This document shows positions 41,514 to 50,683 of a stretch of DNA of 64,000 nt, piece after piece. The translations under genes were made by a program, and so were the position numbers. The notes under the pieces were generated by a model. It made no database searches. It was given only the letters and a program-made list of their open reading frames with translations, and was not told the DNA's origin. How positions within the stretch are numbered: position 1 is the first letter of the stretch; each line of letters begins with the position of its first letter. Source of the stretch: Nitrosopumilus sp. (GTDB taxonomy: Archaea > Thermoproteota > Nitrososphaeria > Nitrososphaerales > Nitrosopumilaceae). The stretch covers positions 128,001 to 192,000 of the forward strand of contig CBDBCE010000004.1 in assembly GCA_965203315.1 (NCBI GenBank). The letters run 5' to 3'.

Positions 41514-41774
41514 GGATCTTTTTGATTTACATGGGGTGGCATTTTACAAGACTTTTCCCCTAGACTGCATGCGTATTATTAAGAGTGCCCATGCCAATCA
41601 TCAAACACGATAACAATGAATCAATCTGCCTCTAGAAAGTACACCGGTATTTTATTGTACCTTAAAATGTGCGTGTGATATAAGAAATATGCATACAGTC
41701 TCCTAAAGTACCCATACGAAATCTTGTAGTATTTTTTCTATAAAAATTCTACTTTGCGTAAATCGAAAAGATCA
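41514..41774. mobile_element. MITE family B interrupted by family A copy 7
   Basis: GGATCTTTTTGATTTA ... TAAATCGAAAAGATC. Confidence 0.8.
41562..41701. mobile_element. MITE family A, copy 7
   Basis: TIRs present, CCT/CCT target duplication. Confidence 0.9.
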
Positions 41775-41888
41775 GATCAAACCATTGATTGATAGTATTT
41801 TGTACACCACTCACCAAAAACATGAGGCGACACATATTATTCAAAGCGAGTCAATACAATATGACCGGTAAGAGAAAATAAAAAAGAG

Positions 41889-42512
41889 TTATTTGAGATC
41901 TTTTAACTCTTTTTCTATGGCTTCTTTAAATATAGGATCAAGAGATCTGCCTTGATCATACTTTTCATTGTATGCTTTATCTCCAACAATTTTGTACTTG
42001 CCATATTTGCCTAGTTTGACAAAGTAGTTATTACCATTCTCTCCATCAGGGCCTTGATCAGACTTTCCTATGTGAACTATGACATGTTCACCCAACTCAA
42101 ATTGAGGCTCAAAACCAAATATGAAGTGTTCGCCATGCTCATAGAGACCTGCTAGATAGAATGTGAATGAATCGCCATTATGTACAAGTTCGGTTTCTTT
42201 ATCCTTTGTTTTCTTACTAACGTCTATGGTTACCGGTACAGCACCATGCGTATCGCCTTCATATTTCCAAACTATAGGATCACCAACTGATGTCACAGTT
42301 CCAGATAATGTCAAAACAACTTCCTCTTTTATTTTAGAAATATCTTCTGTCATCACAGAAAATTCAGTAGGAATTACCTTGAGATTTGGATTTGCTTTGG
42401 TAATGTTTGACTGTACATACACGTACTCACTAGGAGACATCGACGTAGCAATAGAAACTACCGAAATAGCCACTATGATCAAAACACTAGTTGCTAATAG
42501 TTTTTTGTTCAT
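41889..42512 (-). CDS. Membrane-anchored/secreted hypothetical protein
   Basis: N-terminal signal/TM then beta-rich domain; 8 nt downstream of peptidase gene. Confidence 0.75.
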   Translation of the reverse strand: MNKKLLATSVLIIVAISVVSIATSMSPSEYVYVQSNITKANPNLKVIPTEFSVMTEDISKIKEEVVLTLSGTVTSVGDPIVWKYEGDTHGAVPVTIDVSKKTKDKETELVHNGDSFTFYLAGLYEHGEHFIFGFEPQFELGEHVIVHIGKSDQGPDGENGNNYFVKLGKYGKYKIVGDKAYNEKYDQGRSLDPIFKEAIEKELKDLK

Positions 42513-42520
42513 CTCTTCTC

Positions 42521-43145
42521 CTATGAATAGTAGTCATTGATGTCATTGATGTCTTCGGCTCTCAGTTGCGCCATTCCTGAATCACAGCCAGGCTTCATTG
42601 CGGTATGGTCAGAGGTCCACGTAAAATAGTGATGGTGATTCAAACCTGCAAGATGTCCAAACTCATGATTGAGGATGTACTGTGCTGGTACATCACTAGC
42701 AAATATATTGCAACCACCACGTGTGTTGTAGTTCAGATGTTCATGGGTATTTAGCCAAATTACTTTGTAGAAATATGGGTTACCCTCAAAAGTACCTTTA
42801 TGGATTGTGGTCACACCATATATGCGTGTATCACTAAACTTTGTTGCGTCAACTTTGCTGGCATGTGGCCATGAATATGTACTAGTTTCAACTAGATCAA
42901 AATCAGTATTATGAATTACATTTCGTGATACTTCGGCAGTTAGTCGAATCCCAACACCATTGACTTCGTTATCTAGAGATACTTTATTGAGACTATTGAT
43001 ATCATACCAAATTGTCTCTGACTCGTTTACACCATATGGATTAAATGTCATGATATGAGTTGCAGTCATGCCCAAACGCGATAGGCAATGCAAATATGAT
43101 AGTGATTGCAAGCATTATTGTTGAGGTTATTTTTACGTCAGTCAT
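42521..43145 (-). pseudogene. Secreted metzincin (matrixin-like) peptidase, frameshifted after signal peptide
   Basis: HEFGHLAGLNH plus Met-turn HTAM; signal peptide MTDVKITSTIMLAITIIFALPIAFG from ATG 43145 is out of frame by 1 nt. Confidence 0.7.
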
Positions 43146-43399
43146 GTTCTTACAACTTGAGATCCATAATATCTTTTAACTATCACGCATCTATGGTCCA
43201 TTTTTGTATTCAAAAGTGACTCATCTTTATCAATATGGCTGATAGATTATTCTTTGTGACTCTCATCTTGTGAGTGTAGAATGACCATCAGAAAGATTGT
43301 ACTCAAGATTGGCGTGTTATTGGCGGTATGTTTGACACTACAACACAACTCATTCCGTGCTGTCTCTAAATTCATATTCGAAGCGCCAAGATGAGATTA

Positions 43400-45754
43400 C
43401 TAGTTCCACAATATACTTTGATTGGCTGATATGTACTTGCCCATATCTGACCACTGATCATCTCTTATTCCCCATATCGTATAATCTGCTATTGCTAGAT
43501 CACCTGCATCGTTTAATCTAATAGATCCTAATGCACCTATGTGATCTCTAGACACAGATACTATAGAATCTCTGACATCCATTGCGTTACTGCTATCGGA
43601 CTCGATCATTGCAAGTCCAGCCAACCATACTGCATCATATGCTGTATACGCGTATATGGAAGGAGTGTGACCTAGTATGTCGTCTATGTGATCTGTAACC
43701 CGTTGAGCGATCAAATTCTGTTCTATTGAAAACTGAACTGTTGTAAACTCTGTATGTACTGCAAACTCTCTACTCGTCACATCGTCGAGAATCTCTTGTT
43801 CCTTTGCGCTTGCACTAGTACCAAACCATTGTACATCCAGTAGTGTGTTGTATTTGGTTGACTCTTGCATGAATTCAACACCTTCACCAAATCCTATAAA
43901 CAACACTCCTACTCTGTCTGTACCATACTTGTCAACCAATACCTGGATCTGTTTTGATAACTGTTTTGTAGTCTCTTCGATATCATGCATGTCAGCTGGA
44001 TAAACAACTGGTTCGTCAACGATACCACCCATGGACACAAACGACTCTGCAGCAGTCTTGTATAGTCCTTGACCCCACGTATCGTCACGATACAGTGGAA
44101 CATATGCTTGAATGCCTTGATCGATCATTATACTTGAGATTGCTGGACCTTGTTTGCTGTCATCGGGAATGATTCTGTAGACACTGTCGTTGGGAATGGC
44201 CAGTACCGGCGCTGTACTGCAACAACTGATCAAGATCATATCGTTTGTATTTGCATACTCTTTGATGTGTGATACACTTCCACTAGTTCCAGGACCGATT
44301 ATTGTGTGGATTCCTATTGAGTGTAGGTACTCTAGGCGTTCAAGAGCTACTGCTGGTTTGGTCTCTGTATCTTCGATTACTAGATCTATCTTCCAGTCTT
44401 GATTCTGTTCTTTTAGATATCGGTTGAGATCATCAACTGCAAATAACGCTCCTTGATTTGCTTCTCTACCTATTGATGCTAGATCACCATCAAGTGGCAA
44501 GAGTATGCCGATGGTTACCAAACCAGACAAAGAATCGTCTAGATTCCACAATATCGAATCATTCTCTAAAGTATATTTGCCTATTGGACTCCATTGAGAA
44601 TCTATTATCTGAAATATCTCATAATTACTTGCAATCAAATCTCCCTCTGCGTTCAATGCTGCTGAACCTATGGCACCTTGATAGTCTTGTGATACTTTGA
44701 TTATATTTTGTCTTACTGCATTAGCGTCATACTCTTTAGACTCGAGCATTGCAAGTCCTGCCAACCATACTGCATCATATGTGGTATACTCATAAATTGA
44801 TGGCTCCTGACCAACTGCATCTAAGACATGTGTACTCAATCTCTCTGATATGGGGTTGTTGTCTATTGCAAACTGAATTGTAGTATATTGAGTCTCCTCA
44901 GCAAATTCTAAACCAATATCATCATCAATCAAGTCGAGATTGATATCTGATCCAAACCACCTGACATTCTTTAGTGTCTCATAGTTTGTAGCAGCCTTCA
45001 AGAATTCCATCTTTTCTGAAAATCCTATCAACAAGATACCGACGCTGTCTATTCCATACTCTTGAGACAGTGATTCTATTTGAGCTGATATTGTTTCGAT
45101 GTTGGTTGAAAACTCTTGTGTACCTGGTTCATATCGTACTCCTTTGCCTACGGTGCCACCAAGTGAGATAAATGAATCTCTAGTACTAGAATAAAGTTCA
45201 TCGCCCCACAGATCTCCTCGATATAACGAAACTAGTGCCTTGACTCCTTTGTCATACATGATATTTGCAATAACACGTCCTTCAGTACTATCACTAGGAT
45301 ACACGCGATATACGGAATCATCTCTGATTGCAAGTGAAGGTGCACTACTACAACAGCTTATCAGAACGATATCGTTTGATTCGATATATGGTTTGATCTT
45401 TTGAATCCCAGCACTTGTATCGGGACCTATGACGATGTCGATTCCCTGCTCATCTAGTGTGGTTATCTTGTCTATTATGTTGTCTGAGTTTGTATCTGTA
45501 GTCTCTATGACCACATCTAGTTGCCAATCTTGCTCCAGCTCCTTTAGGTGCTCATTAAAGTCATCTATGCCTAACTGTACACTCTCTATGGATTTGTTAG
45601 TGGACTCTTCTGGCACAAGTGCACCAATAGTTACTATATTCTTGTTAGATACTCTGTCACGCATATCTATATCTGATGAAGTTCCAATCCAAATGCCGAT
45701 GACGATTAGAATGACAGCTATGCCCCCGCCAATCATTATTGCTTTTAATGCCAA
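43400..45754 (-). CDS. Branched-chain amino acid ABC-type substrate-binding protein with tandem duplicated PBP1 domains
   Basis: Two homologous halves (LISCCS.AP.LAI..DSVYR..P.D; YDAVWLAGLAM), N-terminal TM. Confidence 0.88.
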   Translation of the reverse strand: MALKAIMIGGGIAVILIVIGIWIGTSSDIDMRDRVSNKNIVTIGALVPEESTNKSIESVQLGIDDFNEHLKELEQDWQLDVVIETTDTNSDNIIDKITTLDEQGIDIVIGPDTSAGIQKIKPYIESNDIVLISCCSSAPSLAIRDDSVYRVYPSDSTEGRVIANIMYDKGVKALVSLYRGDLWGDELYSSTRDSFISLGGTVGKGVRYEPGTQEFSTNIETISAQIESLSQEYGIDSVGILLIGFSEKMEFLKAATNYETLKNVRWFGSDINLDLIDDDIGLEFAEETQYTTIQFAIDNNPISERLSTHVLDAVGQEPSIYEYTTYDAVWLAGLAMLESKEYDANAVRQNIIKVSQDYQGAIGSAALNAEGDLIASNYEIFQIIDSQWSPIGKYTLENDSILWNLDDSLSGLVTIGILLPLDGDLASIGREANQGALFAVDDLNRYLKEQNQDWKIDLVIEDTETKPAVALERLEYLHSIGIHTIIGPGTSGSVSHIKEYANTNDMILISCCSTAPVLAIPNDSVYRIIPDDSKQGPAISSIMIDQGIQAYVPLYRDDTWGQGLYKTAAESFVSMGGIVDEPVVYPADMHDIEETTKQLSKQIQVLVDKYGTDRVGVLFIGFGEGVEFMQESTKYNTLLDVQWFGTSASAKEQEILDDVTSREFAVHTEFTTVQFSIEQNLIAQRVTDHIDDILGHTPSIYAYTAYDAVWLAGLAMIESDSSNAMDVRDSIVSVSRDHIGALGSIRLNDAGDLAIADYTIWGIRDDQWSDMGKYISANQSILWN

Positions 45755-46037
45755 TGATCTGCTCTGTTGTTGTATGTTAATACGTTTTACCTTTATTTTT
45801 GATTGACGATCTGCTATGGTGGCAACTTAGAGTGAGACTAGAACCTAATTCGAATATCGTGCTTTGGGCTGAGTAGTGTGGTCTATCTTTTTCTATCATG
45901 CAAATTTCTTCAGAATTAAAAGTCAGGAACTCGTATCAACCTAAAAGAATCAATACCAAGAATGAGTACATGAATATCAATCTGCTCACAAAACAAATTA
46001 AATAACCTTTATTATGGTACTTTGGACATACATTAGT

Positions 46038-46172
46038 ATGGCAAGCCAAGAAGATAGTCTTGAGGACTTGACTGTGGATACAGTATGGGAGGACAGAGAT
46101 TCTGACATAGTGGTCCAATATCAGATAGACAAGAAACTGAACCTGGAATCTGTGGATGAACTCTCTCAATAG
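46038..46172 (+). CDS. 44-aa acidic peptide, putative antitoxin
   Basis: MASQEDSLEDLTVDTVWEDRDSDIVVQYQIDKKLNLESVDELSQ; 15/26 identical to 34661..34780 core. Confidence 0.65.
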   Translation: MASQEDSLEDLTVDTVWEDRDSDIVVQYQIDKKLNLESVDELSQ

Positions 46173-46174
46173 GA

Positions 46175-46449
46175 ATGTCTTATCCCGACCCTAAAACCAG
46201 TTCACAAGAAAGTATTCTGCAAGGTTTTATGCAAAACATATTCTCCTAAAGTCAAAAATCGACAAGGACATCATATTTAATTACACAGTAAAGATCGCAA
46301 ACAATCCATCATCTGACAAAATTGGTGGTGTTGTAACGTGCCCTGGTGTCAAGTTTAAAAAACTAAAGTTTACTACCGGTTGGGTCATTATTTATGAACT
46401 GTTGGATGACAAAATAGAGTTTGTCAATTTTTACAAGTGTGGATCATAG
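46175..46449 (+). pseudogene. RelE-fold-like putative toxin, frameshifted near 5' end
   Basis: MSYPDPK|NQFTRKY...TCPGVKFKKLKFTTGWVIIYELLDDKIEFVNFYKCGS; 275 nt. Confidence 0.6.
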
Positions 46450-46596
46450 GTGTGTAATAACTAAAAGATACTGTGGATATCAATATGTAAGAACATGACT
46501 GGCGTAAAAATAACCTAAACAATGGTCTTGTAATCACCATCACGTTTACGTTGCTTATCGCATTTGGACGCGACAGCAACTCATATTATGACATTT
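46432..46596 (+). repeat. Diverged inverted copy of 43043..43208 (peptidase promoter and signal-peptide region)
   Basis: Shared TAAAAGATA, GTAAGAACATGACTG.CGTAAAAATAACCT, GCAACTCATAT.ATGACATTT. Confidence 0.85.
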
Positions 46597-46960
46597 CATC
46601 TAACTGGTAAGAGATCAAGGGACAACAATAACAAGGTGGAATGCTTGAATGGTATGATTAGAGATCGTGTAGTATATCGTGGTCTCAAGAAAGATGATCC
46701 AAGTCTCATCTGTGGCTTCCGTACATTCTACAATTGTACAAAGAAACATGAAGCGTTGGGAGGCAAGACATCAGCTGAAGAAGCCTTGATCTTGATCGAT
46801 GGACCCAACAAGTGGAAAACAATCATCCAGAATGCGCGAGTCTGTACAAGAGATCGCTGTAACTTTCCTCTTTTTTGTTTATCGTATTACGCCTCGTGAT
46901 TGAACGATCTTTGTGATCTTTCGTGTTTAGATTTCCAGCTCCCGATAACTTCGCAGAACC
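46597..46960 (+). pseudogene. IS6-family transposase 3' remnant with right TIR
   Basis: NNKVECLNGMIRDR..RGLKK..YN..KHEALGGKTSAE; ATAACTTCGCAGAACC terminus. Confidence 0.82.
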
Positions 46961-47009
46961 TTTTAAAATAAGGCTTAATAGTGTGAATGGTTGAAACATA
47001 TTTGAACGT

Positions 47010-47318
47010 ATGGCAGTAATTTGTAATACTTGCGGTCTTCCAGAAGACTTGTGCGCTTGTGGCGAACTTGCCAAAGATAGTACTAAAATAATCATAAGAT
47101 TGGAGACGAGACGTTTTAAGAAAAAGGGAACTATGATAGAGGGTTTGGATCCAAAACTAAACGATATGGAGAGTGTTGCAAAGGAACTCAAGAACAAGTA
47201 TGCATGTGGCGGAACTGCCAAAGATGGATACATCTTCCTACAAGGCGATCATCGTGATACTATTCGAGATACGCTCATCGGTCTTGGGTTTCCTGAAGAG
47301 AGCATTGAACTACACTAG
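47010..47318 (+). CDS. Translation initiation factor SUI1/aIF1
   Basis: CNTCGLPEDLC, LKNKYACGGT, LQGDH. Confidence 0.93.
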   Translation: MAVICNTCGLPEDLCACGELAKDSTKIIIRLETRRFKKKGTMIEGLDPKLNDMESVAKELKNKYACGGTAKDGYIFLQGDHRDTIRDTLIGLGFPEESIELH

Positions 47319-47324
47319 TGTAAA

Positions 47325-48305
47325 TTGAAATTACGACATAAACTCCAACTGGTCGCTATCCCATTTGTTGCTGTAATCTCTGTCCTGTTTGGGCTTTTTT
47401 TGATATCGTTGCCACTTGGACTCTATGTTGTATATGATACTGATATTGGTGATTCGATAAATGATGAATTCCCTATATCTCATCTTGAGATATTTGCTGA
47501 TACTAGCTTTTACCAAACGTGGTCAGATCCTAGTATCGGTGACGCTTTTGCCGTATTGTGGGTTATCTATCTGGTGGTATTTGTCGTTGCTATATTGGGT
47601 CCTAGATCTGATCTTATGCGATCAATATCGCATATCATCTCCTTTGGTTACTCACGTGACACCAACTATATGCTTGAGATCATAAAGTGGTTCTCTATTC
47701 TAGTCTTAATATCATCGATCTCATTCCTCATCCAAAACGAATTTGGTATAACTATTGAATCGCCAACAGTTGAGAATGATCTAATTCAGTTCTTTTTTGT
47801 TAGTCTTGCTCCGTTGATAGAAGAGATCGGCTTTCGCATGATTTTGATCGGTATTCCACTTTTCTTGATATACTCTGGACGATCATCGATACGTTTCTTT
47901 CTCAAATGTCTATGGCGTCCGGCATCCCTAGATATTGTACAGTATCGATGGGCAATTGCGTTGATCATATCTGTCGGAGTATTCTTTGGGTTTGCACATA
48001 TTGGTTTTGCTGATTCATGGAGCGACGGCAAATTCCTACAAGCTATGCTAGGTGGAATCATTCTGGGTTGGGTATATCTGAGATATGGTTTTGCGGTCTC
48101 GTTACTTGTTCATTGGGGTACAAACTATTTTGTCTATACGTATCTGCATTTTATCTCTCAATCAAACGATCTCTTGCTCTCAAATGTATATGATCATCCA
48201 TTGTTATCTACATTGGAGACACTACTGTTAGTCTCTGGCTGTCTATCTGTCTTGTTGATCATAACAACTAGACTGTATCGATCTAGAGATCTAGAGCAAC
48301 TTTGA
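47325..48305 (+). CDS. CPBP (CAAX-type) intramembrane metalloprotease
   Basis: APLIEEIGFR, FGFAH, HWGTN. Confidence 0.88.
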   Translation: MKLRHKLQLVAIPFVAVISVLFGLFLISLPLGLYVVYDTDIGDSINDEFPISHLEIFADTSFYQTWSDPSIGDAFAVLWVIYLVVFVVAILGPRSDLMRSISHIISFGYSRDTNYMLEIIKWFSILVLISSISFLIQNEFGITIESPTVENDLIQFFFVSLAPLIEEIGFRMILIGIPLFLIYSGRSSIRFFLKCLWRPASLDIVQYRWAIALIISVGVFFGFAHIGFADSWSDGKFLQAMLGGIILGWVYLRYGFAVSLLVHWGTNYFVYTYLHFISQSNDLLLSNVYDHPLLSTLETLLLVSGCLSVLLIITTRLYRSRDLEQL

Positions 48306-49191
48306 GACCCTTGTATCGATTTCTGATGGTCACTTCTGTTACGCCAGCCGCTTCGGCAACATCGCGCTGTGTCTTGTTTTCGCCATTTGTGACACATGCT
48401 ACATAAAGAGCAGCTGCAGCTAGGCCCATCGGATCCTTACCCGCAGATATTTTGTTCTCTTCTGCTGTCTTTAAGATGTTCGTCGCCTTGCGTTTTGTTT
48501 TTTCAGTTAATCCTGCCTTGCTAGCAATCCTTGAAATACATTTTACAGGATCAACTACGGGCATCTTTAGATTTAATTCTCGGAGTAGCAGTCGATAACA
48601 TCTCGCAATATCTTTTCGTTTGATGTTACTGGCATTACCAATATCTTTTAGTGTTCTCGGAGTCTCGGTATCGCGACATGCTGCATATAGTGCCGATGCT
48701 ATCAGTGCTGATATTGATCTGCCACGCACCAGTCCTTTTTCTAGTGCTTTACGATAAATGTATGCTGCCTTTTCGATCACGGCATCTCCAACAGCAAGTT
48801 TGTCTTTCAATCTATCTAGTTCACTAAACGCCTGTCTAAAGTTTCGATCCACTGGTTCATGAACTTGACTTCTATTATCCCATGTGCGAAGTCGTTCAAT
48901 TGTACTCTTCATGGACGCAGTCAGTGGCTTACCTGTCGCATCTCGATTCTGTGGATTGATTACTGTTGCAAGACCCATGTCGTGCATAGCTAACGAGGTA
49001 GGTACACCTGCTCTACTCTTATTTTCACCTTCATTTGAGAATGAACGCCATTCTGGTCCTGTCTCTTCGACCTTGTCTGTGATCACAAACCCACACTTGT
49101 TACAAAAGTTCTCACCAGAGTTGGCATCTGTAACAAGCATGCCTTGTCCGCATCTTGGACATTTATCCTTTATATTGATAGTCTTTACCAT
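48283..49191 (-). CDS. tfb: Transcription initiation factor IIB
   Basis: CPRC..CNKCG ribbon, GPEWR, GLVRGRS, GVTEVTIRNRY. Confidence 0.97.
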   Translation of the reverse strand: MVKTINIKDKCPRCGQGMLVTDANSGENFCNKCGFVITDKVEETGPEWRSFSNEGENKSRAGVPTSLAMHDMGLATVINPQNRDATGKPLTASMKSTIERLRTWDNRSQVHEPVDRNFRQAFSELDRLKDKLAVGDAVIEKAAYIYRKALEKGLVRGRSISALIASALYAACRDTETPRTLKDIGNASNIKRKDIARCYRLLLRELNLKMPVVDPVKCISRIASKAGLTEKTKRKATNILKTAEENKISAGKDPMGLAAAALYVACVTNGENKTQRDVAEAAGVTEVTIRNRYKGLKVALDL

Positions 49192-49657
49192 ACTTAATTC
49201 CCAAACCCTTTTATCAGTTATATATAAAAATGACTAGTAAAGCGTATTATAAATACTTTCTGTTACAACTGCCACAAGTGGTATGTGATCTAATGTTATT
49301 ACTACCCGTCGTTGTGATATATCTTGTGATGATACACGAATCTGCCATTGTATTTAGTCAATTTTGTAATCTTGGTGTAGGTTGGGGCAATCATAAGAAA
49401 TTCTAAATACAAATTTTCTAGTCAAAACTAGATGATGTTTCAACATTTGATCCATATTCTCCAAAATGAGTGTTAATTATGGATTTTGTTACTCGCTACA
49501 GAAGAGGATTCAAATGTCGTACTGCGCTATTCCCTAGTACTCGTTTTGTAGAGCCAAAAGGATGATCTAGAGATGTGTGTCAAGACTAGTGGAAGATTTG
49601 ATATTCACAAACTTTACTGGGATTCATTTAAAAGAACCCTAATACATGACGAGTTGT

Positions 49658-49816
49658 ATGGCTACACGTAAATCTTCGTCTAGAAAGATTCGCTTATTGA
49701 AAAAAACAAGACAGACATCACCTGTACCGGCATGGATTATTGCAAAGACTAACCGTCGCGTCAGGACGAATCCTAAACGAAGAGCATGGAGATCTACGGA
49801 CGTGGAGGTTGGATAG
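49658..49816 (+). CDS. rpl39e: 50S ribosomal protein L39e
   Basis: Manual translation MATRKSSSRKIRLLKKTRQTSPVPAWIIAKTNRRVRTNPKRRAWR. Confidence 0.93.
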   Translation: MATRKSSSRKIRLLKKTRQTSPVPAWIIAKTNRRVRTNPKRRAWRSTDVEVG

Positions 49817-50668
49817 TTGTCTCTTGAATCTGAGCGGATATATGTTATTAATTTAGGTAAAGTTTTACTCTCCCAATCACAGCACCGATCTGTCAGGGCG
49901 ATCAATATGATTCGCGAGTTTGCTCGTCATCATATGAAAGTCAAAGACATCAAAATTGATGAATCACTTGCACAGCAAATATGGGCGAGAGGTGTACGAC
50001 GGCCTCCAAGAAAGATTAGAGTTAGAATGAGTAAAGTCGATGACCACATCCTTGTTTCGTCTTATGATGGACTAGTGGGATCAGATACCGGTTCTTTGAG
50101 TGAAACCACTAAAGACGATTCTGCTGAGATGGATACAACCAATCTTACATCGCAACCAACCGTCAAAGAACAAGCCTCTTATGCTGCACTAGACGAGTCA
50201 CCAGAAAAGCTATCCAACGATACCCTTGCTATTGAAACAGACGAGTCACCAGAAAAGCTATCCAACGATACCCTTGCTATTGAAACAGACGAGTCACCAG
50301 AAAAGCTATCCAACGATACCCTTGCTATTGGAACAGACGAGTCACCAGAAAAGCTATCCAACGATACCCTTGCTATTGGAACAGACGAGTCACCAGAAAA
50401 GCTATCCAACGATACCCTTGCTATTGAAACAGACGAGTCACCAGAAAAGCTATCCAACGATACCCTTGCTATTGGAACAGACGAGTCACCAGAAAAGCTA
50501 TCCAACGATACCCTTGCTATTGAAACAGACGAGTCACCAGAAAAGCTATCCAACGATACTATGGAATCAAATAAAGATAATTCGCATACTGAATCAGAAT
50601 CCTCTACTTATGAGAGTGATAAATCAAAGTCAGAACCAGACACGTCTGAGACCAAATCTAGTTCTTAG
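49817..50668 (+). CDS. rpl31e: 50S ribosomal protein L31e with long acidic repeat tail
   Basis: ERIYVINL, RAINMIREFARHHMK, IWARG..PPRKIRV; follows L39e. Confidence 0.9.
   Translation: MSLESERIYVINLGKVLLSQSQHRSVRAINMIREFARHHMKVKDIKIDESLAQQIWARGVRRPPRKIRVRMSKVDDHILVSSYDGLVGSDTGSLSETTKDDSAEMDTTNLTSQPTVKEQASYAALDESPEKLSNDTLAIETDESPEKLSNDTLAIETDESPEKLSNDTLAIGTDESPEKLSNDTLAIGTDESPEKLSNDTLAIETDESPEKLSNDTLAIGTDESPEKLSNDTLAIETDESPEKLSNDTMESNKDNSHTESESSTYESDKSKSEPDTSETKSSS
50192..50559 (+). repeat. 48-bp coding tandem repeat, 7 full + 1 partial copies
   Basis: GACGAGTCACCAGAAAAGCTATCCAACGATACCCTTGCTATTG(A/G)AACA = DESPEKLSNDTLAI(E/G)T. Confidence 0.97.
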
Positions 50669-50683
50669 TATTGTGACTCTAAA

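Noticed and set aside
46564-46899. Functional 111-aa protein
   Set aside because: Chimeric frame joining a peptidase 5' relic to an IS6 transposase tail
50192-50559. Possible CRISPR array
   Set aside because: Head-to-tail 48-bp units with no unique spacers, in frame within rpl31e; the overlapping ORFs 50179..50553 and 50226..50696 are by-products of the repeat
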